From: Balanoglossus misakiensis
Lineage: Eukaryota > Animalia > Hemichordata
DNA length: 64,000 nucleotides
Assembly: GCA_040954595.2 (NCBI GenBank)
Contig: CM082597.2
Coordinates: 2,248,835 to 2,312,834 of the forward strand
Direction: 5' to 3'
The notes below the pieces were generated by a model, which did not search any database, was not told the DNA's origin, and saw only the letters and a list, made by a program, of their open reading frames with translations. Shown here piece by piece: positions 43,476 through 55,305 of this stretch. Position numbers and translations under genes: made by a program. How positions within the stretch are numbered: the first letter of the stretch is position 1; the number at the start of each line of letters is the position of its first letter.

Positions 43476-44563
43476 ATGGTGGATGCGGCGACGAAGAAAA
43501 CACTTAGTAATATTCCATTACTGAAAACGAAGGCTGGTCCACGAGACAAAGATTTGTGGCCCCAGAGATTGAAAGAAGAGTATCAAGCGCTTATACAGGT
43601 GTGGTTTTCTAGACTATATCAATATCGATGATGTACTTTCATCGGTGATTGCCGATGACATATGGAACACATCTCATTGAAACTGTGTGTCGAGAGACGC
43701 GTTTAAAAGGCACTTCCGGGTTGTAAACTGAGGACACAACCCCCCACCTCACAATCGATCGCTTAGACCACTGCCATTCGTTTCCACGTGAAAACGTGCG
43801 CTTACTGCGGTACCGTAGCTCGAGTACTCTCTTGGCCGCTATTTTGTGGTGCCACCTTCATAATCATCACCTTTCCCCCTTCAGTATGTAGAAATCAACA
43901 AAGCTTCGGACAATGACTGGTTCAGATTGGAGTCCAACAGAGACGGAACAAGGTGGTTTGGAAAGTGCTGGCATATACAAGAACTTCTCAAGTATGAATT
44001 TGAACTTGAATTTGATGTGAGTATATCAACAACACAGTCATGTTTCATCAACAGTAAAATGCACAAATGTTCAATATACACCATGTTTGCTGATGTCAAC
44101 ATACCTATGATTTGTTTACCGTACTGGTAGAATAACATGTTTGATGTTATTTCTGTCCTTTATACAGATACCAGTGACGTATCCAAGCACAGCTCCTGAA
44201 CTTGCAATCCCAGAACTTGACGGAAAGACAGCAAAGATGTACAGAGGTGGTAAAATTTGTCTGACAGATCATTTTAAACCTCTCTGGGCGAAAAATGTAC
44301 CCAAATTTGGAATAGCTCATGCTATTGCGTTAGGGGTAAGTTTGAAAAATCAGAAGTTACTGTTTGGTGAAATAAGAGATTCATTTTGAAAGCATTCAGT
44401 TGTCTACTTTTTTCTGCAGTTATGATAATTGAATAGTCATCACATATTTATTTTTGCTTTCTCCTCCCAGCTTGGTCCATGGCTAGCTGTTGAGATTCCT
44501 GACTTGATCGCCAGAGGTGTGGTACAACACAACGATGAAAAGATCAATGGACAAGAATCATAG
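43476..44563 (+). CDS. UFC1: Ubiquitin-fold modifier-conjugating enzyme 1 (UFM1 E2), 171 aa. Exons: 43476-43598, 43885-44016, 44168-44335, 44471-44563
   Basis: [60 protein letters not shown]...[31 protein letters not shown] (catalytic Cys) and [13 protein letters not shown]. Introns are GT-AG phase 0. AATAAA at 44567 and 44861. Confidence 0.97.
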
Positions 44564-45019
44564 ATCAATAAAAAATCACCCCACCCCAATTTTATGTGAC
44601 TTTCCAATATACAGCTTTTTCTTAACTTCTTTTAGGAAGAATTGGTACTTTATTCAGCATGTGTATACTATTGCTGTATTTACAAGTGAAAAGATCATGT
44701 AATGCTGATAAACTTTACTGCATCACGATTTTTTCTCCATTTTCTGTTTGTAATCCTTGCATTCTTCCCACTGGCAATAGAGAGACAATTTTTCTCCTTT
44801 ACGGTGTGCAAGGGTCGTGCCTGCACACAGCTTGTTCACACTAAAATGTTTTAGATATGGAATAAACATTTTAATTTCAACAACAGTGATAATAATGCTT
44901 TGTGGATCACTTTTTGTGGGTCTGGAATGAGTGTTTGTCCATTGCAAGTCGGAGGAAAATCGAGCGAGTGTGCTAAGTGTCCATTTCACAGATGTATATT
45001 TCCGAAATATGCTCGCATA

Positions 45020-45118
45020 GAGCGCCACCAACGACGTAAGCGTCTAAGAGGTGAAAAGACGCCGCTCATGCGCAGAAGCCAAACACGTGTTGTACAGCAG
45101 CTGACCAGAGATACAGAA
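45020..45118 (+). promoter_or_regulatory. Compact fibrillarin promoter with an E-box CACGTG (45084-45089) and an NRF1-like CATGCGCA
   Basis: Both motifs lie just upstream of the ATG at 45119. Fibrillarin is a known Myc-regulated ribosome-biogenesis gene in other animals. Confidence 0.5.
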
Positions 45119-47890
45119 ATGAGACCAGGTACAGTATTATTTACCGAAATAAGACGACATTAAGGCAGTGATCGTGCGAAAGTAGACTGTCGTCGATTGT
45201 AGTGATACTCAGGATAAAGTTTTGTGCGATTAATCCGCGGTACAATTTGTAATTGTAGACTTGTGTCCGTTTCAATCATGATCGTATGGACACATTGCAC
45301 AAGTTTGTTTATGCAGTATGAAGCCATTGAAAAGGGTGTATAAATATGTCTTTATAGATCGATCCATTTTCCCCACCCTGTGGACGACCAAAGCCTTGAT
45401 ATTCCGCTTGACAGAGATTATATGTTAAGCCAGAAATAATTGTTCTGAGTGTTGTCCAATGACTGAAGTCTGGTTCAACCAGTAATGATAAACGTGAATC
45501 AATCAGGTCATTCCTTTAAATTTGCATACCTCTGATCTGGATATGGCATAATCCTTCTCCTGGCTCCTAATCAAGATACTCCCATAAAACCAAGGGATTG
45601 ATTGTGATTGCCATTCAGTTGGCATAGGGTCACTTTACTTTACCTATGCGTGGAAGTACCTAAACATTTCAATTCTTTTCTTACTGCAGTCAAGATCAAC
45701 TTTATGGTAAATATTCTAATGAGTCTCTCTTCCATTTTTTTCAGGATATTCACCTAGAGGAGGTTAGTACCTTTGTAACAGTACATAAAATGCGTGGAAG
45801 CATCATGAAAATGGCCCACTCCTGTTTATTTTGAAATGATTTTGTGTGTGAAAAACTGCAAAAACCTGAACTTAACTTTGAAACTGTTTTTGTCTTGCAG
45901 GCGGATTTGGCGGTAGAGGCGGGGGCGGCCGCGGTGGTTTTGGGGGAAGAGGAGGAGGCCGAGGTGGTTTTGGAGGGGGTGGTCGTGGTGGTTTTGGGGG
46001 CCGAGGAGGTGGTCGTGGTGGATTTGGGGGTAGAGGAGGGGGAGGTCGTGGAGGATTTGGAGGCAGGGGAAGAGGAGGAGGTCGTGGAGGTAGAGGGGGT
46101 AAGTAAGATGGTTATCCTGATCTCAGTATCTCTTTCAGTGTCATATGTTTAGTGTATTATGAGAAAATCACCAGTGTTAGTGTCTATTATGAATATATAG
46201 TCAGACTTGTTTATAGACAGGTCCATTACTGTGAATTGCACAGGGAATGTAACAAAATGGCCACTACTATAGACAGATTTTCACCATATAGACTAGAGGT
46301 GGCCACTAACACAGGTTTGACTATACCATACTACAACATGGTTGTTTTTTCCTCTGACAAAATGGTGTGTGTTTGTACTTGTAGGATTTGCTGGTGGAAA
46401 ACAAGTCACCATTGAGCCACACAGACTGGAAGGTGAGTTGTAAATACTACTCAGTTGTCCAGGGGTACATTGTTTACAAAATATCACCAGAAATATAGTG
46501 ATTTCTTAGATTTGCCACAAATTGATGTTTATGATCATAATCTGTCATTTTTCCTCCCCTCGCATCAGGAGTGTTTATTGCAAGAGGAAGAGAAGATGCC
46601 CTGGTCACCAAGAATTTTGTGCCTGGTGAATCTGTATACGGCGAGAAGAGAATTTCAGTGGAGGTAAGCGATGTTTAACCCTTTCACCGCCATGGTTTGG
46701 CCAAGTTCCATTGTTTTCTATGGTAAAGTTGCCAAGCACACATTTATTAGAAAATTTCAACAATTACAGAATCCATCCCTTTATTTCACTTTATCCTTTT
46801 TTTCCTTCCAAATCAAAGGTCGAAGGTGAGAAGATTGAGTACAGAGCCTGGAACCCTTTCCGGTCGAAACTGGCGGCGGCCATCTTGGGTGGGGTGGACA
46901 AGATTCACATGCCCGTTGGAAGTAAAGTATTGTATCTGGGAGCAGCTTCCGGAACCACAGTCTCTCATGTCTCGGATGTTGTTGGACCAGTAAGTAGAAA
47001 CAATTACTGTGTTAGTGAATTTAGGAGAAAGCAGACCTTGGTCATGAACTTAGGGGATAGATATTTTATGAGACTAAGCTACAATTGGAAGCTGACTATT
47101 TCCTCCTCTTTTTAGGATGGTGTCGTATATGCAGTGGAGTTTTCTCACAGATCGGGGCGTGACTTGCTGAACGTTGCTAAGAAACGAGCCAACATCATTC
47201 CCATTATAGAGGACGCCAGACATCCACACAAATACAGAATGCTAGTTGGTAAGTCACATCAAAACTTTCTCATGTTTCTTGTAACTTATAAGCATTGTGG
47301 GTGCTATCAAAAGAACTAGGCTTCAACATGACTTTTCAAGGCAATCTTCATGCAATATTATTTTTTTTTCGCTGTACAGGTATGGTGGATACGATATTCG
47401 CAGACGTAGCACAGCCAGACCAGGCAAGAATTGTCGCCATCAACGCCCACAACTTCCTGAAAAACGAAGGCCATTTTGTCATATCTATTAAGGTGAGTTG
47501 ACAGGAAAAAAATGCAATCTGGCAATTTAGCTGGTTCTGGTTTGATTAGAGCACATGTGAGAATATATTACATGTCTTATCACCTCCCTCTTTCTCCTCC
47601 TCCCAGGCCAACTGCATAGATTCCACAGCAGCACCAGAGGCAGTCTTTGCTGATGAAGTGAAAAAGTTGCAGTCAGAGCGACTCAAACCCCAGGAACAGC
47701 TGACCTTGGAACCGTATGAGAGAGACCATGCTGTGGTTGTTGGAGTTTACAGGTGAGACACATGCCTTCGCTTTTGACTTTGATTGTAGTATGGTATCTT
47801 CTTTTGCATGCACCGACAAGTCAGATCTCATAATGATATTTTTTATTCCATTTCAGACCTCCACCAAAGAAGAAGCCTGGAGCATCGTAG
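45119..47890 (+). CDS. FBL: Fibrillarin, rRNA 2'-O-methyltransferase of box C/D snoRNPs, 321 aa. Exons: 45119-45128, 45745-45762, 45901-46098, 46385-46432, 46569-46663, 46819-46989, 47116-47248, 47380-47492, 47607-47752, 47857-47890
   Basis: [20 protein letters not shown] domain, then [89 protein letters not shown] and [13 protein letters not shown]. All junctions are GT-AG and in phase (966 nt). AATAAA at about 48016. Confidence 0.97.
46196..46325. mobile_element. pogo/Tigger-like MITE in FBL intron 3
   Basis: TA-flanked terminal inverted repeats tatagtcagacttg ... caggtttgactata with internal gtggccac subrepeats. Confidence 0.6.
46675..46731. mobile_element. Truncated copy of the same TTAA MITE in FBL intron 5
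   Basis: ttaaccctttcaccgccatggtttggccaagttccattgttttctatggtaaagttg matches the reverse complement of 50977-51033. Confidence 0.7.
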
Positions 47891-48879
47891 TCAGAAACAT
47901 TTGAAATTATTTTTATCAGTATACTTCGTTTTATTTGTAGACTGTCTTTTCTTCGGGAAATTAATCATGAATGCCACATCAATTTAAGTTCTAGCATCAA
48001 AAGTTTTTATTTCCCAATAAAATTCCACATTAACTGGTTTTCTGACTGGACTCTGTTATTTATTGGTGTGTGTGTTCTCGGATTTTCTTGGTGAAAATTG
48101 ATTTTTACCTTCACAAAGTGGTTAAAAACACTTCCATATTTCCAAACAAAGGATCTTGCAGAATGGTCGTCAATGGCGCTAGTGGTACACCAGTAAAGCT
48201 AACAAGGACTTTTATCGCTCACTGCTCCGAACCATGGGTGAAGCCTAGGCCTGTGCTGGTATCAAGCAGCCGAAGGCAATACACAATGTTCTGGGGATGT
48301 TTAGATATTTTATGTAGTACTTTAATTATCTTGAGTTCATTCATTTCTGACATTGCTGTCGCCAATGCGTCGAAAAATAAACAATTAAAGTCATGATCAA
48401 ATAACACAGAAACCTACTGTACTTCTTGAGCGTGGGCACTTTATTTTGTTGTATATTTCGTATAACAGATACTGCATTTATCAGATTGTATATTTCAAGG
48501 TCTAGCAATGATGTTTCGACCATCAGGGTGTTGGTAATGAGCGGTTGATTGACAGCTGCCTAGGATACTGGGCGTAACTAATGACATCATCGTTCGAGTC
48601 ACTAATGATTGACAGTCGCTATAACAACCATGCCCTTTAGCCGCGTCATTCGTTGTCAGCATCTCCAATGCACAGCGTATTCCGCCATTTTCTTTATACA
48701 AGAATCCATTCGTCTGAAATCAAAATACGGCAACAGGAAAGATCTGCATTGGAACTGACCGATCGGCAATACTGACTTTGGTGCGAAGAAACTGTCTGGG
48801 TCGCACAAGTGCCCTAGACTAGAAAGTTTCTCTGCCGATCTGACGAAGTGGCTGGAATTTTTGCTGACCTGCATTGCTG

Positions 48880-50060
48880 AACATTTCATTTTCGCGCGCC
48901 ATTTTGGGGTTGGTTGACTGTCTTTGTTGCGATCAAAGGTAGACTAATTAGGCTTCCTGATCCGGCAATTCTTGAAGACAGCGCCGATCATAGACAGCCC
49001 TAATTTACCTGTTCGATGACAGCTGAAATTCCCAAGGTGAGTCTCGTTTTCCTCATTTTTAAACGATATTGTCGGGAGATCGCGCAGAGCCCAAGTCTCG
49101 GCGTGACCTTCTCCGCGGCCGGCCATGTGATTCTCCTATTTCTTCTTCCGGGATTGACAGGATGGAGCTACTTTTGCTAGAGAAAATATCAAATTCTGCA
49201 AGGGAACACATTCTCAATATCATTAAACAAGCAGTGCACATATGCAACTGAAGTATTTTTTGGTTTCTGGTATTTTTTAAGTGCTTGCAATTTTTGTTGG
49301 AAGAACGAGTAATGACTTGCCTTGAATCATCCCGCGTTGTGTTGTTGTGGAAAATGCTCTCTATTTGAAGAGCGATTTCACGATAACAGTGACTAATCGA
49401 TGCAATCTGTGCACCTAAAATGAAGCCACCCTTTCTAAATATTGCAATAACGTCAGATCAAAGCGAGTCATCGGAGAGAAGAAAATAGCGATGTCACTTT
49501 CACGGAACCGGCGCGACAACTGCGCAGTTACACCCTTGTCGATTTCTCGAAAATTGCCGAATGTGCGTTTGTTTGTTGCCACGGTGTTTAAAATATAACG
49601 AAACCCGCAAAATCTTTCCTTTCAATGAAAATTTTTAAATTTAAGTCTTTATATTGTTTTTCCTGGTGATCTTGCTTGTCTGTTTCTGATAACAAGGTTG
49701 TTTCAAGCATGTTTCTTTCCAATGTTTTGATGTGATCAGCTGGTGAACCAGCCAGCTAATTTACATAAATTTCCGATGCAGTCGACACTATCCCAATATA
49801 CATCTGAATTGTAACGCGATTTTGTCAACAATATCACATCCATTGTTATGATAGAGTACAAATAGCCTTCGTCTGTCATTTAGTATCCGTGTACTTTTTA
49901 TTCAAGCTCCCAAATTCGTTGAACATTTTCTTTATTTTTCGGAGGTTTGCGGTTGCAATATATTCAAAATGGCCGCCCTGCTCCGTGTCAGTGCAGAAAT
50001 TTCCGATATTTTTCACTCCAACTCTGCTCGATATTTAGCAGTTTATTAAGCTATGTAAAG
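48880..50060. promoter_or_regulatory. CpG-rich promoter-like region
   Basis: E2F/YY1 composite TTTCGCGCGCCATTTT at about 48890-48905, CTTCCGG at about 49145, and YY1 CAAAATGGCCG at about 49965. Confidence 0.45.
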
Positions 50061-50697
50061 GTATAATGTAAGCGAAGCCACTAGATATGAAATGATACCA
50101 TGTTATAAGGAGGTTTATAGTTTTTATATACGTGTAAAATCTTAGGAATTATATTGAAACGGGCCAGCAAATGGTATTTGAACCAGTACCGGCTGTTACG
50201 TTTGTTGTTCAGTACGCCCTCTGGTGGGGACATGTTCATTTCCCCATGAAATATACAAGTTCGACAATTCTTCAAGAAAATGGATATAGGCGTTGAACAA
50301 TACATTAAAGATGATCAAAAATCAGTAGAAACATTCTTTGAATTACTTTCTCATGTGTAGTTAAGTCTTCAAGTACTTTGAAAAAATGATTTGTAATTGT
50401 AAATGTTATTATTAAAGAATTTGAGAAGTCTTGCAAAAGCTTCCAATGTTCATTTCTAGTTGTAAACTTTGTATTTTTTTTATATTTCTGAATGGTTATT
50501 TCAAAACATTTGATCAGTTGTTTATTGTGTGTCTTTGAATAAAGTCTGTTATGCTGGATTGAGGTGGTAGATCTATGAAAGTGAAGAATCTTTTTTTTTT
50601 TTTTGTAAATTATGACAAAAATCCAGAGTATCTCAAGATGTGTGTTGACAAACTTGTGCTTGCATACAAAAACAAACCCACGCAATCTCATTGGCAG

Positions 50698-50761
50698 GAT
50701 TTTGTTTTCATGTAACACACCACCAACACCTTTGTGGAACACCTGTGAGATCCTGTTTGAG
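50698..50761 (+). other. Candidate non-coding (5' UTR) exon of an unidentified plus-strand gene downstream of FBL
   Basis: Acceptor ctcattggcag and strong donor GAG|GTAAGT. Lies downstream of the CpG-rich promoter-like zone at 48.9-50.0 kb (YY1 AAAATGGCCGCC at about 49966). Confidence 0.35.
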
Positions 50762-50939
50762 GTAAGTACAAGAAAACAACATCTTCAAAACAACATCTTG
50801 CCAACAAAGATTCCGTGGGTGGCTTATATTGCAAGTCTTCGTCTTCAATCTTTCTCAGCAACATCCTGTGATATTTTCAGGGTTTTTGTTGTCAAGTTTT
50901 GCGCAAGAATTTTGTAAATAGATATTTCTAGGTTGCATC

Positions 50940-51033
50940 TTAACTCTTTCACCCCCCAGTTCCCTCTAAAGTGGTCCAACTTTACCATAGAAAACATTGG
51001 ATTTGGACTGAACCATGGTGGTGAAAGGGTTAA
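50940..51033. mobile_element. TTAA-flanked piggyBac-like MITE (full short copy)
   Basis: TTAA-ctctttcacc ... ggtgaaaggg-TTAA terminal inverted repeats. Related copies at 46675 and 61099. Confidence 0.7.
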
Positions 51034-54000
51034 AATCAGTCTATATACAGAAGCCATATACACCTGGTGTAACAACCACCCCCCCCCCCCCCCCCCGCAT
51101 CTCATTTCCCAACTGTCATTCCAGCATACTTTCGAAAATGGCAAGCCTTATAAATATTTCTGTTCTATTAATAACAGTTGTTGCAGATTTTACAACATAA
51201 TACATTCATCGTGATATTCTTTTTAAAACAAACAGGCGAAAATAGTCGAGATCGGCCTTCTCTCGCATTTATGTCTAAATTTAGAAAACTGATACCCCTA
51301 GATTATAGTTCTACCGCAGTATGTGGCTTGCATTAAAGCCGGTATTTCTTTAAAAAAAGATTAATCTAAATATAGAAATATAGAGTGTTTGTTTTGCAGA
51401 AACCATGGCAACTCCTGGGTTAATTCCCCATCATTGCCTTGGGTTATAGATGGTGGTAGTATTAGCATGAATTGCTCTAAAGGACTTTTAACAAGTCATT
51501 TTTGACTACAGATTAAAAAATAACCAGTTGAATTAAAATAGAATCTGAACCGATTGGTCTTTTTCTTTTTAAAAATATAATTCCTATTTTTTCATCCCCA
51601 TATTGTTTTTCAAACCGTGCTTTAGGTGTGTAATGTAACCTTTGGTTTCTGTGGGTGCTAAATGTATACAGTTCTGTCTTTTCCTCTATTCCCTGACCAT
51701 CAATTATTAGAGTACAACAGAACTGTAATTTGTCAGTTTTTTTCAAAGGTGGCTTGGCTACAGGGCAATATGTGTAGGTGTTGCTAACGAAATCAGCTGG
51801 TGACTTGCAAGTAATATTCTCCATTTTCTTGTTCTGCACACTGACGTGGGAGGAACTTGATGGGCGCAATCTGATGTCTGAATGCAATGTGAATTTCTTT
51901 GACATTTAGATGGAGTTGGGAATGCGGTTTTATAAGTGGGCATGTATGGGGTGATTGGTTGAGATTGGAGAATTATCTGGAGCTGAGAATGTTTCACAAA
52001 AGCGTCACATGATGTAACTTCAAATTGGAGCCTGTTCCATACTATCCAGCAGCTATCAATTTTTGCAAAGTCTTATCTTTGTGCTGACGGTTCGAGCTTT
52101 CTAGTACCGGTACCCGTAGCACATACCATTCAATAAAATGAGTGATGTCGTTGTGAAATTCCATAATAAAGTCAGATTGTCACATTTTCATACAACCATA
52201 CATGTAACATTATAGGGTAGAAGTTGTCACTCTTTATGTAATAAATCTTGCATCGACCGTACATCAAATCATACTTCTGCAAACCAAAAACATGTTCATT
52301 CTGTTGATGTGTTGAGCATGTCTATAAGAAAAGCTTGAAGTGTTAGCCTGCCCTCTACCAATTCCATATTTTTCCCTTCACTCATCTGCCGGCTTTAATT
52401 TTGTTTCATTTTGCAATAAACTTTAAACTGATACATGAATTTTGAGAGTTTGCTGCTCAAAGTTCAACTCAGTAAGCGTTGTAATTACAACTTCTGTTCA
52501 CTTTACGAAAACAAAAAATATGTGTGCGTTGAGTACATTTTTTAAGTGGACCCATTTATCATCTTTCATTGATAACCACCCAAGAAGACCAGCAAATGAC
52601 GACATAAAGCGGTTATCGTAGTTTTGTTCGTAGCGTTTCTAAAATAACGTGGGACGTGTCAAGATTTGCGCTTGTTAGTACAGACGAACAGTAATTACCC
52701 CTTGCGTTGAGTCCATTCGTAATGACATCTTTTTTGCGTCATGGTGGTGCGTAGAAGAGATCATCTTAATGGCCCCGCACTCGCACCAGAACAAAGCAGA
52801 GATTTCGACGTTACTGATAGCGCGTGTCGTATAAATACTGATAAGTTGCTTCCATGTGACGTTATCGAAAAAGAGCACTTTCAACGCACTTAAATTAAAT
52901 TAGTAAATTTTTTGTGTGTGACAACAAGCTTGCAACTTGTAATCTGATCTTGCGTATTTAGAGGAGAAAGGATCTGTACAATGTGTTTGTCATGTTCTTT
53001 GACGTGAAAGAAAGATAACGTGAGTCTTAGAAACGTCTAATCAAAATTGACCGTTTTAGTGAAATTTTTCATTTTAAAAAGATACAGATTAAATACCAGT
53101 TTGGTAAATTTGGAGATAATCGTAATGCATTCTCCGGCTGCCAATGTGACGAAGAAGGAACCATGCTGAAATGTTTATCTAGGGTCCCACAATAACACGG
53201 TATTTCTGAGAAGTAGGACTTCAATTCAACGCGATCTGTGTTATTGTGTTAACTCGTACAGAGAAGTGTGTACGTTATCGCGCTTTTGTTGCCAATGCGT
53301 GTCAGTAAGTCATTTGACCGGAGGGTGGGAGTACGCTGATTAGCATAGCCTTTGTGCGGAGGTTCAACTAAAGGGCCTTCGAACAAAGACGTTTGTGGCC
53401 GCAACGCAGCATTCATGTTTCTTAAGCTGCAATCTTTTGAGGAGTTGCATGTCAGTATACTGTAGCTTTTTTTCTCGTGCTGTAAAACGATCGAATCATA
53501 GTCTTGATCATTGTCATGGTGAAGTAACGAGAGAATTCGGACGAAGCGTATATGCGATAAAAGACTTTCGAGTTGTAGTTTCGGACAGCCTTGCGAAATT
53601 AATTTTCAGGAAGTTTTATATATTGACATAATGGTTTTCTGAAATCGAGAAATGAAACTAAAAACTAGAATTTGTTTAATAAGTGATTAAAAAAATGAAC
53701 AAAGGCTTTTTGCGATGACCTTCCTTGTCTTTCCATTCTCGTTGCCACAGTAACGAAACATGATGATAAAAATTTATAGTTTTCTCTTCTGTTAATTGGT
53801 CATTGACAGGTATGTGTATTTCCTATATGCGGTTCTCTGATCGAATGGAAAAAAAATTATGATTGTCTGCCTCAGACTGAAACTGAGAGTTGGTGCAGAC
53901 GAGTTAAAAACCGTGAATTTTATGGAAGTGTTTCGACTTTCGGTTGTAGGAGGAAGTGCCGAAACCAATTAAATTATTGGCAGGAAAGTAAAAAAATTCT

Positions 54001-54694
54001 AAAAAAAACAGTTCTGCTGTCAGCTTTGACTTAATTATTTAAATTGGAATCTAAATGCAGTGAATTTTGCTTCGCATTGCTGAAGAAAATAAATTCAGCA
54101 TCTGATTTGCTGTTTGCTGGGTCAAAGGTCAACTGTCTAGACATTCAGACAGTTGTAACGTTTGTGAAACGCATTGCAATGAATATAATCATGATAACAT
54201 TACACGAAAAGCCGACGCAATCGCCCTGTATGCAATTACCGTCATATTGGACAGTTTGTAAAATTACAGTTCATGTTTTTTGTTTGGATTATTGATATTT
54301 CGTGTGCGCAACATCTTAATTAATTAGCTACCGTTTACCGTTTTCGTGCTGAAAATTGGGGTTTAAATTTGTTCATGTACTAAACGTCAATTCTTGTGGG
54401 AAAGCAGCTTGTAGATTACAGACAAAATTTGAAATAAATTTTTCGTATGATCGTAATTGTTTATCTAATTTTTTGCCAAGAAACGATGGAAGGATCTTTA
54501 ATCAGAAAATATATGCAGGATTTGCAGCTCTTGTAGTTGTACGTGTGTATGTGCGAGTATGTGTTCAGAATTCAAAGTGCGTGAAGGCCATTTGTGGTCA
54601 TGAAGTGTCTTGCCGTAAATATTAACCAGCATTCATTGGTTACCTGGTTCGCTACATCCACATGTAAACACCACCAATGAATGAATCCTCTGTT

Positions 54695-54750
54695 CGCGTT
54701 TTTGGCGGGAAAATGGCGGTATAGCGTGTCGTATGCGCGTCAGGCCAACC
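54695..54750 (+). promoter_or_regulatory. E2F plus YY1 composite element (TTTGGCGGGAAAATGGCGG)
   Basis: Overlapping consensus E2F (TTTGGCGGGAAA) and YY1 (AAAATGGCGG) motifs at about 54701-54719. Confidence 0.4.
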
Positions 54751-55242
54751 ACTCAATCTTTCTTTAAGTCAATTGCAATGCTTTTGTTAACGAGTTATTT
54801 TAAAATTTTGCAGTCAATGAACATTTATTGATAGTTGATTTTCTTGTCTGAATGAGAGATTCTATAAAAAGATTTTCAGAACAACCCACAAAGTGGTTGG
54901 TTGTACATATAATTCCTTATTTGTGACAAGCGGAATTCTTTCTGACGCACCATGACTTGTTTGGAGAAACGAAAACTGTTTTGCGAAGATAAGGTGTCGC
55001 AGTCCGATCTGAGAGATCAAGTGCGTCAGAGCGGCGGTTATCTATAGAGACTGCAACTCACACCTCGAGTGGAATGCAATCTCCTCAACATGAAAACTTC
55101 AGAAAGAAAAAAACAAACCAATCCAGCCCAGACACCTAACAACCAGATTCACTCACAATCCTTCTTCACAAACAACCTGCCCGTCAGCAAGATCTCTCCT
55201 GCCAATTCAAAATCCCTTGTCTCCTGCGGGGCACTTGTGAGA

Positions 55243-55305
55243 ATTTCCATAGAAACCGCATCCATTTCCATAGAAACTGCATCCATTTCCATAGAAACTG
55301 CATCC
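55243..55305. repeat. 21-bp tandem repeat, 3 copies (ATTTCCATAGAAACYGCATCC)
   Basis: Directly visible. Confidence 0.92.

Noticed and set aside
45545-45669. Possible H/ACA snoRNA in FBL intron 1 (two hairpins including GCATAGG/CCTATGC, ending ACAttt)
   Set aside because: There is no ANANNA H box in the hinge, and the second hairpin does not extend to the ACA.
48495-48905. Minus-strand gene starting ATGGCGCGC at about 48902, convergent with FBL
   Set aside because: The frame closes after 27 codons and the obvious splice option also hits a stop. The ATG is part of a YY1/E2F motif.
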